Positions 1 through 10,822 of a stretch of DNA of 64,000 nucleotides are shown here, one piece after another. Both the position numbers and the translations under genes were made by a program. The DNA is from Micropruina sp. (GTDB taxonomy: Bacteria; Actinomycetota; Actinomycetes; Propionibacteriales; Propionibacteriaceae): NCBI GenBank assembly GCA_044224095.1, contig JBGALC010000007.1:20036-84035 (forward strand), in the 5' to 3' direction. Each line of letters begins with the position of its first letter. Positions within the stretch are counted from its first letter, which is position 1. The notes below the pieces were generated by a model, which made no database searches, was not told where the DNA came from, and worked only from the letters and a program-made list of their open reading frames with translations.

Positions 1-2681
1 TGGCCGCTGACCTTCTCCTCGAAGATCGGCTTCAGCATGCCCTTCAACGCCGCCTCGACGTCGTCGATGGCCGCGTAGATCACCGAGTAGTAGCGGATGT
101 CCACGCCCGCCGAGTCGGCCATCTGGGTGGCCTTCCCCTGCGCCCGCACGTTGAAGCCGATGATCACCGCGTCGGACGCCTCGGCGAGCGACACGTTGGT
201 CTCGGTGATCGCACCGACACCGCGGTCGATGACCCGCAGGCTGACCTCGTCGCCGATGTCGATGTTGGCCAGCGCGTCCTCCAGCGCCTCGACCGAACCG
301 GCCGAATCGCCCTTGAGGATGAGCTTGAGCTCCTGCGTCTCGCCCTTCTCCAGCTGCTCGAACAGCTGGTCGAGGGTCTTGCGCCGGGTGGTCTTGGCCA
401 GCAGGGCCGCCCGCTGCCGGGCCTCCCGCTTGTCGGCGATCTGGCGGGCCATCCGGTCGTCGTCGACGACCAGGAAGTTGTCGCCGGCACCCGGCACCGA
501 GGTCAGGCCGAGCACCTGCACCGGCATGGACGGCGGCGCCTCGGCCACCTGTTCGCCGAGATCGTTGATCATGGCGCGGACGCGGCCGTGGGCCGAGCCG
601 GCCACGATCGAGTCGCCGGTGCGCAGCGTGCCGCGGTGCACCAGGACGGTGGCCACCGGGCCGCGGCCCTTGTCCAGGTGCGCCTCGATGGCGACACCCT
701 GGGCCGGCATGTCCGGGTTGGCCCGCAGGTCGAGCGACGCGTCGGCGGTCAGCACGATCGCCTCCAGCAACTCGTCCAGACCCAGCCGTGCGGTCGCGGA
801 CACGTCGACGAACATGGTGTCGCCGCCGTACTCCTCGGGCACCAGACCGTACTCGGTGAGTTGGCCGCGCACCTTGGTCGGGTCGGCGCTCTCCTTGTCG
901 ATCTTGTTGACCGCCACCACGATCGGCACCTCGGCCGCCTTGGCGTGGTTCAGCGCCTCGATCGTCTGCGGCATCACACCGTCGTCGGCGGCCACCACCA
1001 GCACGGCGATGTCGGTCGACTTCGCACCACGGGCACGCATGGCGGTGAACGCCTCGTGACCCGGGGTGTCGATGAAGGTGATCTTGCGTTCGATGTCGTC
1101 GACCTCGGTGGCCACCTGGTAGGCGCCGATCGCCTGGGTGATGCCACCGGCCTCGCCGGCCACCACGTTGGTGTTGCGGATGGCGTCCAGCAGCTTGGTC
1201 TTGCCGTGGTCGACGTGACCCATCACGGTCACGGCCGGCGGACGCGGCGCGAGGTCGTCCTCGTCGCCCTCGTTCTCGCCGAACTCGATGTCGAAGCTCT
1301 CCAGCAGCTCGCGGTCCTCGTCCTCGGGCGAGACGACCTCGATGGAGTAGTTGAGCTCGGCACCCAGCACCTGCAGCGTGTCGTCGGCCACCGACTGGGT
1401 GGCGTTGACCATCTCGCCCAGGTTGAACAGCACCTGCACCAGCGACGCGGGATCGACGCCGATCTTCTCGGCGAGGTCGGTCAGCGAGGCGCCGCGACGC
1501 AACCGGACGGTGGATCCGTCACCGGAACGGATCCGGACGCCACCAATGGTCGGCGCCTCCATCTGGTCGAATTCCTGCCTGCGCTGCTTCTTCGACTTGC
1601 GGCCACGCTTGGCCGGACCACCGGCGCGTCCGAACGCACCCTGGGTACCGGAGCCGCCGCGGCCACCGCGACCGCGACCGCCGCCCGCGGGAGCACCGCC
1701 CGGACGTCCCGGCCCGCCGCCGAAACCGGGACGGCCACCGCCGGCCCCGCCGGGACGACCCGCACCGCCGCCGAAACCGGGACGGCCACCGCCGCCGGCA
1801 CGGCCCGGCGCACCGAGCGAGGGGTTCGCCTGGCGCGGCATCATCGCGGGGTTCGGACGCGGCATGCCGGGCACACCGGGCCGGGGACCGGGACGCGGGC
1901 CGCCGGCCTGGCCCGGACGCGGGGTGCCGGTGCGGGCATCACCGCGGCCGGCGGGCGCAGCGCCCTCGGGCCGGGACCGGCGCACACCCATGCCCTGGCT
2001 GGACGAGAACGGATTGTTGCCGGGCCGGGGCGTGCCCGAGCGGCGGTTGGCGTTGCCGGCTCCCGGCAGGCCACCGGTGCCACCCGGACGCGGCATCGGC
2101 CGGGGAGCACCCGGACGCGGCGCCGCGGCACCGGGGCCCGGAGTCGGCCGTGGGCCGGCTGACGTGCCGCCGGCGGACGTGTCGCCGGCGGACGCGGCGG
2201 GTCGCTGCTGCGGGGCCGACGACGGCCGCTGCTGCTGCGGTGCCGCGCCGGCGGGACGCGGCTGCGCCGCGGCTCCGGGACGCGACTGCGGCGCACCCGA
2301 GCCGGGACGCGGCTGCGGGGCGCTGGTCCGGGGCTGCGGGGCGCTGGGACGCGGTTGCGGCGTCGCCGACGGGCGCGCCGACGGCGCCTGGGTGGCGGCA
2401 CCCGAGGCCGGGGCCGGCGCGGACGTGGTCGCCGCGGGAGCGGACGAACTGGGCGCGGCGGGGCGCGCCGGGGCACCCGGCTTGGCGGCCGGCGCCTTGG
2501 CGGCGGGAGCGCTGCCCGCCTTCTCTGCGGACATGCGTTCGCTGAGCCTCCGGACGACCGGCGGCTCGATGGTGGACGAAGCGGACCGGACGAACTCGCC
2601 CATGTCATTCAGCTTCTTGAGAAGATCTTTGCTTTCGAGTCCGAGCTCCTTGGCGAGCTCGTAGACGCGGACCTTGGCCAC
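1..2681 (-). CDS. infB: Translation initiation factor IF-2 (3' end runs off window)
   Basis: Minus strand starts [15 protein letters not shown] after GAAGGAGAG; Pro/Gly/Arg-rich N-domain; G-domain motifs [27 protein letters not shown]. Confidence 0.97.
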   Translation of the reverse strand, partial: MAKVRVYELAKELGLESKDLLKKLNDMGEFVRSASSTIEPPVVRRLSERMSAEKAGSAPAAKAPAAKPGAPARPAAPSSSAPAATTSAPAPASGAATQAPSARPSATPQPRPSAPQPRTSAPQPRPGSGAPQSRPGAAAQPRPAGAAPQQQRPSSAPQQRPAASAGDTSAGGTSAGPRPTPGPGAAAPRPGAPRPMPRPGGTGGLPGAGNANRRSGTPRPGNNPFSSSQGMGVRRSRPEGAAPAGRGDARTGTPRPGQAGGPRPGPRPGVPGMPRPNPAMMPRQANPSLGAPGRAGGGGRPGFGGGAGRPGGAGGGRPGFGGGPGRPGGAPAGGGRGRGGRGGSGTQGAFGRAGGPAKRGRKSKKQRRQEFDQMEAPTIGGVRIRSGDGSTVRLRRGASLTDLAEKIGVDPASLVQVLFNLGEMVNATQSVADDTLQVLGAELNYSIEVVSPEDEDRELLESFDIEFGENEGDEDDLAPRPPAVTVMGHVDHGKTKLLDAIRNTNVVAGEAGGITQAIGAYQVATEVDDIERKITFIDTPGHEAFTAMRARGAKSTDIAVLVVAADDGVMPQTIEALNHAKAAEVPIVVAVNKIDKESADPTKVRGQLTEYGLVPEEYGGDTMFVDVSATARLGLDELLEAIVLTADASLDLRANPDMPAQGVAIEAHLDKGRGPVATVLVHRGTLRTGDSIVAGSAHGRVRAMINDLGEQVAEAPPSMPVQVLGLTSVPGAGDNFLVVDDDRMARQIADKREARQRAALLAKTTRRKTLDQLFEQLEKGETQELKLILKGDSAGSVEALEDALANIDIGDEVSLRVIDRGVGAITETNVSLAEASDAVIIGFNVRAQGKATQMADSAGVDIRYYSVIYAAIDDVEAALKGMLKPIFEEKVSG

Positions 2682-2838
2682 TACTCTCCTTCAGGTCCGC
2701 GGGCGCGCGGACCAGCTAGTTGTTGTTGCTCATTTCGAGGTACTCATCGAGTGGTCATGAGCGTTAGCCCACTTTCTGGTTGGGATCCGCCCGGATCGGC
2801 GGAGGCGCACCTGCGAGTGTATCGCCGTCGCCCTCGAT

Positions 2839-3090
2839 TCACCCAACCGAGCGGCTGAGCAGGACATTCCCGACGGCGGCGTGGTCGAGGCTGCGACGCA
2901 GACCACGTCCGATCGCCCGGGATTTCAGCGCCCGTGGCGCGCACGCCGGGTGCAGGTAGACGCCGCGTCCGGGCAGGCGCTGGCGGTCGTCGACCCGCAC
3001 CGAACTGCCGCCGTCCCAGACCAGCCGGAGCAGGGCGTCCTTGTCGGCGCGGACGCGGCAGCCGGCGCACATCCGCTGCGGGGTGGTCAT
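2839..3090 (-). CDS. ylxR: YlxR/DUF448 family RNA-binding protein
   Basis: PQRMCAGCR...LLRLV...GRGVYLHPAC motifs, directly upstream of infB; alternative start 3108. Confidence 0.88.
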   Translation of the reverse strand: MTTPQRMCAGCRVRADKDALLRLVWDGGSSVRVDDRQRLPGRGVYLHPACAPRALKSRAIGRGLRRSLDHAAVGNVLLSRSVG

Positions 3091-3312
3091 GCGGGTCAGG
3101 CTACTCACAGATCACGCACAGCCGCTGACCAGTGCGTTCCCGGGTACGGCCGGTTGAGTGGTGGCCATGGACGACGCAACGAAGATCGGGACCGACCGGA
3201 CCGCACCAGCCGCCGGCGGCACCGGGGAGGGAGGGTGCCGCTGACCCGTCGATCGACAGATTCCTCTCCCCGACCCGGCCGCCCAGTGGGCGGCCGGGTC
3301 GCTGTCGCGCTC

Positions 3313-3864
3313 CTAGGAGCTGCCGCCCACCCGCGTCCGGGCCAGCCGCGCGAACTCGGCGAACCCGGGGCCGACCCGCTTCGGGACGATCAGCGCCTCG
3401 GTGTCCTCGAGGGTCAGGAACAGGTGTTCGGGGCCCTCGTCGATCCGCCGGATCCGCGCCCAGTCGGCGTAGCCGCCCGACCCGGGGTACTCCTGGTAGA
3501 CCCGGACGTCGTCCCAGCTGAGCAGCACCGGGCCGGTCCGGCCGAGGCCGCCCCGCTTGGCCAGGTTGCGCAGCTGTGAGTCGAGCGCGTGGCGCTGGAA
3601 CCAGGGCCAGCCGAACCATGCGACCAGTCCGGCGAGAACGGCGAGGGGCAGCGTGACGACGAGCCCGTCCAGCACGCCGCCGACCCAGTGCCGATCGATC
3701 GGTGTCAGTGCGAGGCCGAGGATGAGCGGCATCGCCGCCACGATGACGGCCAGCGTCCGGCGCTGCCCGGCGGCGTAGGCCACGAAGCTCGGGGCGCTGC
3801 GGTAGACCTGCTGGTGGAACGCGATGTGGTCGTCGTCGGTCAGGTCGTAGTGGAGCCTGCCCAC
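3313..3864 (-). CDS. YcxB-like membrane protein
   Basis: YDLTDDD N-terminus, two hydrophobic helices, C-terminal W..I.RI.E...LFL...ALIVPKR pattern; start inferred at GTG 3864. Confidence 0.6.
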   Translation of the reverse strand: MGRLHYDLTDDDHIAFHQQVYRSAPSFVAYAAGQRRTLAVIVAAMPLILGLALTPIDRHWVGGVLDGLVVTLPLAVLAGLVAWFGWPWFQRHALDSQLRNLAKRGGLGRTGPVLLSWDDVRVYQEYPGSGGYADWARIRRIDEGPEHLFLTLEDTEALIVPKRVGPGFAEFARLARTRVGGSS

Positions 3865-3915
3865 GCGCAAATCCCCTGCGGTCGGGCGTGGGCCACCGGC
3901 TGCCCACGCGAGGTT

Positions 3916-3998
3916 GGTGTCGGGCTGGGAGCGCCTCTCGGCGCGTGGCCGCTCGCAGCGGCAAGTGTTGGAGCCCGGGGCTACCTCAGCCCGACACC
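3916..3998 (-). ncRNA. Candidate structured small RNA or leader (four-way junction)
   Basis: Perfect 12-bp closing stem GGTGTCGGGCTG/CAGCCCGACACC enclosing three hairpins, one GAGA-capped; TATGAT -10 just upstream. Confidence 0.55.
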
Positions 3999-4006
3999 GA
4001 TCGACC

Positions 4007-4034
4007 ATCATAGGCGTCCGGGTCCGCAGACCAA
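4007..4034 (-). promoter_or_regulatory. Putative sigma-A promoter for the candidate RNA
   Basis: Minus strand TTGGTC-N16-TATGAT, ending 8 nt before the closing stem. Confidence 0.5.
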
Positions 4035-4081
4035 ATCGGAGTCCGGCACGGCCGGCCGCCCCGAGATCGCCTGCGGTAGCG

Positions 4082-4113
4082 CACATCGCCCGGGTAGCTA
4101 CGCGGGCGATGTG
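4082..4113 (-). terminator. Palindromic hairpin downstream of the 4164-4766 gene
   Basis: CACATCGCCCG-G-GTAGCTAC-G-CGGGCGATGTG near-perfect 32-bp palindrome; no U-tract. Confidence 0.45.
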
Positions 4114-4163
4114 TGCCGACGCAGGCGATGTCGTCCGGAGCACCGGGCGGACGCCGCAGCCAC

Positions 4164-4766
4164 CTAGCGCAGCGAGCCGTTGCGCCACAGCCGGGCGCAG
4201 GCGGTGAGGTCGGACGCCATCTCCTGGAGCTTGGCCGCCCGGGCCAGCGGCTCGATGCCCTGCAGGTCGGCGCTGCCCGCGGAGGCGACCAGGCAGAACG
4301 CCGCGGCGCGCTCCAGGGCGACCGCGAAGTCGCCGGTGAAGGCGCCGCGCATCAGGTCGTCCGCGACCCGGCGGACGTCGTCGGGCCGCGGCGGCTCGAT
4401 GCCGGCGACCACGTGGTTGGGTTCGGTGAACCGGACGCCGGCCGCGTAACAGCGGGCCACGCCCTCGGCGTCGGTGCGCATCCACTCGCGCAGGAAGTAC
4501 AGCCGCCACAGCGCGCCGGGCAGCGTCCGGGCCGGCCGGGTCGACCACAGGTCGGCCAGCGTCGACAGCCCGATCTCGCCGACCAGGTCGACCAGCCGCT
4601 CGGTCACCGACGGGTCGTCGGCGGCCCGCCCGGTGTGCAGCAGCACGGCCGCGGTCTCGTGCGCGGCATGCAGCTGGGCGATCGGGTCGGACCCCTCCCC
4701 CAGCAGCTCCAGCATCGCGGGATCGCGGAACGCGGGCCGGCGGGGCCGGTGGTATTCGGACGGCAC
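4164..4766 (-). CDS. Conserved actinobacterial hypothetical protein (alpha-helical)
   Basis: Coherent ORF with LADLW...TLPGALWRLY and GAFTGDFAVALERAAAF blocks; leaderless-type TACCCT-N6-GTG start. Confidence 0.75.
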   Translation of the reverse strand: MPSEYHRPRRPAFRDPAMLELLGEGSDPIAQLHAAHETAAVLLHTGRAADDPSVTERLVDLVGEIGLSTLADLWSTRPARTLPGALWRLYFLREWMRTDAEGVARCYAAGVRFTEPNHVVAGIEPPRPDDVRRVADDLMRGAFTGDFAVALERAAAFCLVASAGSADLQGIEPLARAAKLQEMASDLTACARLWRNGSLR

Positions 4767-4913
4767 CCGCACAGGGTAGTCCGCGGGTGCGGCGAAGACC
4801 GCCCGGACGCGGCGGCGCCGACTCTCACAGCGCGGGAACAGGCCCCCGCCAGCCGCCGGCCAGCGGCGTCCGGCTGACTGGAATCACAGAGAGCCGACCA
4901 ACTCAGGAGACAG

Positions 4914-5423
4914 ATGAACATCAAGCAGAAGACCGGGCTGGCCGTCGGTGCCGCGGTGATCGGCGTCGGCGCCGCGTTGGGCGTCGGCTATGCGGTCGCC
5001 GGTACCGGCGAGCGGGCACAACCCCAGGCCGGTCAGCCGGCCGACGGCACGGTTCCGGGCGGCGAGAACGGCGGCGGCCCGGGTGGCCGGAACGGCCCCG
5101 GCGGCATGGGCAACCTGGCCGAGAAGCTGGGCCTGGACCAGAGCGCGGTCGCCGAGGCGCTGCAGGAGGCCGCCCGAGCCAACCGCCCGGACGGCGACGG
5201 CCAGGGCCGGGGCACCCCGCCGAGCGCCGGCGCTCAGCCGGGCGGCAGCGGGCAGGATCGGTCCGGTCGCGACGCGACCCTCGCGAAGGCGCTGGCCGAG
5301 AAGCTCGGGGTGGACGAGGCGAAGGTGACCGCGGCGCTGACCGAGATCCGCTCGGAACAGCGGGCGAACCGTCCCGACGACGGCGGGAACGCCCCCGATC
5401 CTCAGCCCAGCGCGACCGCCTGA
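4914..5423 (+). CDS. Membrane-anchored/secreted Gly-rich protein with duplicated LAEKLG helix motif
   Basis: AGGAG RBS; N-terminal hydrophobic segment; LAEKLGLDQSAVAEAL and LAEKLGVDEAKVTAAL. Confidence 0.75.
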   Translation: MNIKQKTGLAVGAAVIGVGAALGVGYAVAGTGERAQPQAGQPADGTVPGGENGGGPGGRNGPGGMGNLAEKLGLDQSAVAEALQEAARANRPDGDGQGRGTPPSAGAQPGGSGQDRSGRDATLAKALAEKLGVDEAKVTAALTEIRSEQRANRPDDGGNAPDPQPSATA

Positions 5424-5624
5424 CCAGCACCGGTCGAGCCGATCGGGGCATAACCCTGATCGGTGCTCGGTCGATCTCGACCATCCGTGCCGACTGGCCG
5501 GATGGGTGACCGACACCATGAAACAACACGAGATCCGCCGCCGAGGCCGAGATCGACCACCGATGCTGAGATCCGTGGACGGGGCGGGCAGGCGCCGCGG
5601 CGGGGCTCGATCGGTGCTGGGACC

Positions 5625-6593
5625 CTACGCCTGGGTGTCGGGGCGGATGTCGATCCGCCAGCCGGTGAGCCGGGCGGCGAGGCGGGCGTTCTGGCCCTCG
5701 CGCCCGATCGCCAGCGACAGCTGGTAGTCGGGCACGATCGCCCGGGCCGCTCGCGCGGTGGCGTCCGTCACGATGACCTGGGAGACCTTCGCCGGCGACA
5801 ACGCCTCCTTGACGAAGATCGTCGGGTCCGGGGAGTAGTCGATGATGTCGATCTTCTCCTCGTTGAGCTCGTGCATGACCGCGCGCACCCGCTGCCCCAT
5901 CGGGCCGATGCAGGCCCCCTTGGCCGAGACGTCCGGGTTGTGCGACAGCACCGCGATCTTGCTCCGGTGGCCGGCCTCGCGGGCGATCGCCTTGATCTCG
6001 ACGACGCCCTGCTCGATCTCGGGCACCTCCAGCCTGAACAGCTTCTGCACCAGGTTCGGATGGGTACGGGATACCACCACCTGCGGGCCGCGCAACTCGC
6101 GCCGCACCGACACCACGTAGACCCGCAGTCGCTTGCCGTGCGAGTAGTCCTCGCCGGGCACCTGCTCGGCCTGCGGCATGATCGCCTCGATGCTGCCCAG
6201 GTCGACCCGGACGGTGCGCGAATCGCGGTCCTGCTGGACGACGCCGACCACGATGTCGCCCTCGACGGCGGAGAAGTGGCCGTACTTCTGGTCGTCCTCG
6301 GCCTGCCGGATGCGCTGGTAGATCACCTGCCGGGCGGTGGTCGCGGCGACCCTGCCGAAGCCGGCCGGGGTGTCGTCGTACTCGCCGATCTTCTCGCCGT
6401 CCTCGTCCAGCTCGGGCGCGAACACGGTGACGTGCCCGGTCTTGCGGTCGAGTTCCACCCGGGCCCCGTGGACGGCGCCGTCGGTCTTCTCGTAGGCGTT
6501 CAGCATCGCGTCCTCGAGCGCGCCGATCAGCACGTTCATCGGGATCTCGCGGTCGCGCTCGAGTGCGCGCAGGGCCTCCATGTCGATGTCCAT
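5625..6593 (-). CDS. nusA: Transcription termination/antitermination factor NusA
   Basis: MDIDM start after GAAGGA; [51 protein letters not shown]. Confidence 0.97.
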   Translation of the reverse strand: MDIDMEALRALERDREIPMNVLIGALEDAMLNAYEKTDGAVHGARVELDRKTGHVTVFAPELDEDGEKIGEYDDTPAGFGRVAATTARQVIYQRIRQAEDDQKYGHFSAVEGDIVVGVVQQDRDSRTVRVDLGSIEAIMPQAEQVPGEDYSHGKRLRVYVVSVRRELRGPQVVVSRTHPNLVQKLFRLEVPEIEQGVVEIKAIAREAGHRSKIAVLSHNPDVSAKGACIGPMGQRVRAVMHELNEEKIDIIDYSPDPTIFVKEALSPAKVSQVIVTDATARAARAIVPDYQLSLAIGREGQNARLAARLTGWRIDIRPDTQA

Positions 6594-6594
6594 G

Positions 6595-7077
6595 TCACTG
6601 TCCTTCGTCGTCGTCATCGATGCTGCGGTTGAGTTCCACCTGCACCACGGCCCGGGTCAGGCTGTCCAGGGCGAGCACCCGCGGCGTCCCGTCCACGTCG
6701 AGGGTCACCTCGGTGTCGCTGACGCCGGCGATCCGCCCGGTCACCTCGCCGTCGGCGGTGACGGCGGTGATCAGCCGGCCGGTGTTGCGGCGGTAGTGCC
6801 TGGCCTCGGTGAGCGGTCGGCTCACCCCGCGCGAGGACACCTCCAGCGTCCACGGGCGGCTGCCCATGGCGGGCGCGTCGTCGAGGAGGCGGGAGATCGC
6901 GCGGGTGGCGTCCGCGATCTCGTCGAGGGAGGGGCCGCGGCCCTTCGGGCCGTCACCGTCGAGGAAGATCCGCACCACCCGGCGCCTGCCGGCGGGCAGC
7001 ACCTCGACCCGGTCGACCTCCAGCCCGCAGGAGGCGACCACGGGAGTCACCAGCTCAGAGACGGTTGCTGGGTCCAT
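6595..7077 (-). CDS. rimP: Ribosome maturation factor RimP
   Basis: GAGGAG RBS; [14 protein letters not shown] motif; upstream of nusA. Confidence 0.93.
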   Translation of the reverse strand: MDPATVSELVTPVVASCGLEVDRVEVLPAGRRRVVRIFLDGDGPKGRGPSLDEIADATRAISRLLDDAPAMGSRPWTLEVSSRGVSRPLTEARHYRRNTGRLITAVTADGEVTGRIAGVSDTEVTLDVDGTPRVLALDSLTRAVVQVELNRSIDDDDEGQ

Positions 7078-7156
7078 GGTTCTCCTCGATCCGGTTTTTC
7101 GGTGCAGTTGTCGGCCGATGCGGCTGTCCGGCGAGTTTACCCGGTACCGTCGGGCC

Positions 7157-8098
7157 GTGATCGGACGCCGGCTGCTGCTGCTCGGCGGGGCCGCGGCGCT
7201 GGCCGGCTGCACCGTCGGCGAGAACGTCCAGTGGCTGCCCTGGACGGCCCCGAGCCCGCTGCCGGTGACGGTGCCGGACGGCCTGCCGGCCCGGCTCGCC
7301 AAGACCGACGCGCTGGCCGGGCACCTGCTCGCCAACGCCGCCGCCTGGAAGCTGAGCGCCCAGCGGGTCGCCACCCTGGAGTGGTTCCGGCGTGCCACCA
7401 CCGAGCACCTCCAGGTCATCGAGTCCGGCGACCCGGCGCGCCGGCAGCGGGCGACGGCGACCCCGTCGAGCCGGCCCGCCCCCACGCAGCCGACGGCCGC
7501 CGCCACCCAGACCGCGCTGACCAAGGAGCTCGCCGCGCTGCACGCGTCCCACCAGGGCTCCGCGCGCTCGGCGTCCGGCCCGGCGGCGCTGCTGTGGGCC
7601 TCGCTGGCGGCGTTCAGCGCGGCGATGGCGACGTGGCTGCCGAGCGGCGTCGCCGCGCTCGGCGACGACGGCACCGACCTCACCCCCGACCTGACCGGGA
7701 CCGGTGCCGTCCGGGTCGTGCAGCTGGCCGATCAGGCCGCCTACGGCTACGAGTCGGCCCTGGCCGCCACCGGCTTGGGCAAGGCCGACACGGCCGCGTT
7801 GCGGAGCCGGCTGAGCCAGTGGCGGAGCCTGCGGACGGCGGTCCTCGCGGCGTCCCCCGGGCTGCAGCCCAGCCCTCCCCCGGTCGGGTACGAGCAGCGT
7901 CCCGCCCGGAGCCGTGCCGCCGCCCGGCAGCTCGCCGTCCGGACCGAGAGCGCCGCGCTGCCGCTGTTCGGGGCCTGGCTGGCCGGGACGTCGTCCGCGG
8001 CCGAGCGACGACTCGGCGTGGACGCCCTCACCGGCTGCAACGCGGCCCTGGTGGGGTTCGGCGGGCAGGCCCTGCGGTGGCCGGGCTGGCCGGGCTGA
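7157..8098 (+). CDS. Putative lipoprotein, ferritin-like/DUF4439-type C-terminus
   Basis: RR + hydrophobic stretch + LAGC lipobox; AAYGY motif and C-terminal WPG; usual position divergent from rimP. Confidence 0.65.
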   Translation: MIGRRLLLLGGAAALAGCTVGENVQWLPWTAPSPLPVTVPDGLPARLAKTDALAGHLLANAAAWKLSAQRVATLEWFRRATTEHLQVIESGDPARRQRATATPSSRPAPTQPTAAATQTALTKELAALHASHQGSARSASGPAALLWASLAAFSAAMATWLPSGVAALGDDGTDLTPDLTGTGAVRVVQLADQAAYGYESALAATGLGKADTAALRSRLSQWRSLRTAVLAASPGLQPSPPPVGYEQRPARSRAAARQLAVRTESAALPLFGAWLAGTSSAAERRLGVDALTGCNAALVGFGGQALRWPGWPG

Positions 8099-8129
8099 AC
8101 GGAAAAGGAACCGTCCCCTTTCCGTTCAG
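8095..8129. terminator. Bidirectional hairpin between convergent genes
   Basis: CTGAACGGAAA...TTTCCGTTCAG 11-bp inverted repeat containing both stop codons. Confidence 0.65.
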
Positions 8130-8923
8130 CCGACGTAGCTGAACCAGGTGTCCCAGGCCAGCTTGAGCGCCAGCGCGGAGACCACCGCCAGGAACACCTT
8201 GCGGACGAACGCGTTGCCCTGCTTCAGCGCGGTCCGGGCGCCCAGGAAGCCGCCGGTCAGGTTGGCGGCACCCATCAGCAGGCCCAGGCCCCAGAGCAGG
8301 TTGCCGGTGACGGCGAAGGCCACGATCGCGGCCGCGTTGGTGGTCAGGTTGGCCAGCTTCGCCAGGGCGCTGGAGGCCAGGAAGTCGTGGCCGATCACCG
8401 AGACCAGGGCGATCACGAAGAAGGTGCCGGTGCCCGGGCCGATGAAGCCGTCCCAGGCGCCCACCACGGCGCCGATCGCGGCCATCCGCAGCCGGGCGTC
8501 GTTGCCGGTGTGCTTGACGTGCCCGTGCAGCCCGAGCTGCGGACGCCGCCAGGTGTACCAGCCCACGCTGACCACCGCGGCCAGCACCAGCGGGGTGAAG
8601 TGCTGCCGGGGCAGGAAGTGGGTCAGCTGGGCACCCGCCGCCGAGCCGACCGCCGCCATCGCCAGCAGCGGCCAGGCCAGGGACCAGTCCACCCGGATCG
8701 AGCGCAGGTAGGTGGCGCTGGCGGTCGCCGTGCCCAGGAAGGACGGCAGCTTGTTGGTGCCGGCGATGGTGGCCACCGGCGCATCGGCGGGCAGCCCGAT
8801 CAGCAGGGCGGGCAGCTGGATCAGCCCGCCGCCGCCCACCACGGCGTCCACCCAGCCGGCGACGAAGGAGGCCAGCACCAGCAGCGCCAGGGTGAGCAGC
8901 GGGAGCTCCAGTCCCGTCACCAT
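8126..8923 (-). CDS. TauE/SafE (TSUP) family transporter
   Basis: AGWVDAVVGGGGLIQLP and GAWDGFIGPGTGTF motifs; multiple TM helices. Confidence 0.9.
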   Translation of the reverse strand: MVTGLELPLLTLALLVLASFVAGWVDAVVGGGGLIQLPALLIGLPADAPVATIAGTNKLPSFLGTATASATYLRSIRVDWSLAWPLLAMAAVGSAAGAQLTHFLPRQHFTPLVLAAVVSVGWYTWRRPQLGLHGHVKHTGNDARLRMAAIGAVVGAWDGFIGPGTGTFFVIALVSVIGHDFLASSALAKLANLTTNAAAIVAFAVTGNLLWGLGLLMGAANLTGGFLGARTALKQGNAFVRKVFLAVVSALALKLAWDTWFSYVG

Positions 8924-8939
8924 CGGGAACGCGGCATCA

Positions 8940-10718
8940 TCAGGAGCGGAGCAGCGCGATCAGTTCTTCCGCCGCGCCCTCGGCGGCCAGTTCGCTGCGC
9001 TCGCCGCTGGCCCGGTCACGGAGCTCGATCAGCCCCGACGCCAGCCCGCGTCCGATCACCACGGTGGTCGGCATGCCCAGCATCTCGGCGTCGGTGAACT
9101 TCACCCCCGGGCTGGCTTTGCGGTCGTCGAGCAGCACGTCGATGCCGGCGGCGGAGAGCTCCAGGGCGAGCCGCTCGGCGTACTCGGTCATGGCGGCGTC
9201 CTTCCCTGCCGGCACGATCTGGACGTCGAACGGCGCCAGCGTCCGGGGCCAGGCCAGGCCGCGCTCGTCGCAGTGCGACTCGGCGACCGCGGCCACCGCA
9301 CGGGACACCCCGACGCCGTAGGAGCCCATGGTGACGGTGACCAGCTTGCCGTTGGAGTCGAGCACCTTCAGGCCCAGCGCCTCGGCGTACTTGCGGCCGA
9401 GCTGGAAGATGTGGCCCATCTCGATGCCGCGGGCCAGGCTGAGCGGGCCCGAGCCGTCCGGCGCCGGGTCGCCCTCGCGGATCTCGGCGACATCGAGGAC
9501 GCCGTCGGAGCGGAAGTCGCGCTCGCAGACCAGGTCGTAGACGTGATGACCGGCCTCGTTGGCGCCGGTGATCCAGCGGGTGCCGGCCACCACCGCCGGG
9601 TCGGTGAGGTACATCACCGTGCCGGCGGGCGGTTCGTCGCCCTCGAACTCGCCCACACCCAGCGCGGCCGGGCCGATGTAGCCCTTCACCAGGTCGGGGT
9701 AGGCCTCGAAGTCGCCCTCGCCGAACGGCTCCACGTCGGCGGGCGCGACCGCGGCCTCGAGCCGCTTCAGGTCCACCTCGCGGTCGCCGGGCAGGCCGAT
9801 CGCCAGCGGCGTCCGGGTGCCGTCCGGGTTGCGCAGCATGAACAGCACGTTCTTCAGCGTGTCGGACGCCTGCCAGGCCCGGTCCGAGCGGGGGAAGCGG
9901 GCGTTGCTCAGCGCCACCAGGGACTCGATGGTCGGGCTGTCCGGGGTGTCCTCGACGTGCGCGGCGGGAACGCCGGAGGCGTCCTGCACCTGCGCCAGCG
10001 GCCGGACCACCGCCTCGACGTTGGCGGCGTAGCCGCCGGGCGAGCGCACGAAGGTGTCCTCGCCGGACTCGGCCACCGCCAGGAACTCCTCCGAAGCCGA
10101 CCCGCCCATCGCACCCGAGGTGGCCTGGACGATCACGAACTCCAGGCCGAGCCGGTTCATGATCGCGATGTAGGCGTCCCGGTGCGCCCGGTAGGAGCGC
10201 TCCAGCCCGGCGTCGTCGATGTCGAAGGAGTAGGAGTCCTTCATCACGAACTCGCGGCCGCGCAGGATGCCGGCCCGGGGCCGGGCCTCGTCACGGTACT
10301 TGGTCTGGATCTGGTAGAGGCTCAGCGGCAGGTCCTTGTACGAGCTGTACAGGTCCTTCACCAGCAGGGTGAACATCTCCTCGTGGGTCGGGCCGAGCAG
10401 GTAGTCGCCGCCCTTGCGGTCCTTCAGCCGGAACAGGTTGGGCCCGTACTCGGTCCACCGGTTCGTCGCCTCGTAGGGCTCCCGTGGCAGCAGCGCCGGG
10501 AAGCGCACCTCCTGGGCGCCGATGGCGTCCATCTCCTCGCGGACGATGGCCTCCACCTTCGCCAGCACCTTCAGGCCCAGCGGAAGCCAGCTGTAGATCC
10601 CCGGGGCGGCACGCCGGACGTAACCGGCGCGGACCAGCCAGCGGTGGCTGGCGACCTCGGCGTCGGCCGGGTCGTCGCGCAGCGTGCGGACGAACAACTT
10701 CGACAGGCGGGTGATCAC
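8940..10718 (-). CDS. proS: Proline--tRNA ligase
   Basis: [46 protein letters not shown]. Confidence 0.98.
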   Translation of the reverse strand: MITRLSKLFVRTLRDDPADAEVASHRWLVRAGYVRRAAPGIYSWLPLGLKVLAKVEAIVREEMDAIGAQEVRFPALLPREPYEATNRWTEYGPNLFRLKDRKGGDYLLGPTHEEMFTLLVKDLYSSYKDLPLSLYQIQTKYRDEARPRAGILRGREFVMKDSYSFDIDDAGLERSYRAHRDAYIAIMNRLGLEFVIVQATSGAMGGSASEEFLAVAESGEDTFVRSPGGYAANVEAVVRPLAQVQDASGVPAAHVEDTPDSPTIESLVALSNARFPRSDRAWQASDTLKNVLFMLRNPDGTRTPLAIGLPGDREVDLKRLEAAVAPADVEPFGEGDFEAYPDLVKGYIGPAALGVGEFEGDEPPAGTVMYLTDPAVVAGTRWITGANEAGHHVYDLVCERDFRSDGVLDVAEIREGDPAPDGSGPLSLARGIEMGHIFQLGRKYAEALGLKVLDSNGKLVTVTMGSYGVGVSRAVAAVAESHCDERGLAWPRTLAPFDVQIVPAGKDAAMTEYAERLALELSAAGIDVLLDDRKASPGVKFTDAEMLGMPTTVVIGRGLASGLIELRDRASGERSELAAEGAAEELIALLRS

Positions 10719-10822
10719 GGCGCTCCTTCACTTTCCCCGGCCGACTGCCGGACGAGCAGGGGCCAGCCTAACGGCCCCGGCGTGATGAGATATCCGCGAG
10801 CATCGACGGTGGGAGGAAGCCC

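Noticed and set aside
97-2858. Long plus-strand ORFs antisense to infB (and similar shadow ORFs across the window)
   Set aside because: High-GC shadow frames opposite clear genes, Arg/Pro/Ala-rich, with no motifs
3916-3998. tRNA gene
   Set aside because: Cloverleaf-like, but 12-bp closing stem, very small loops, no TTC T-loop or 7-nt anticodon loop
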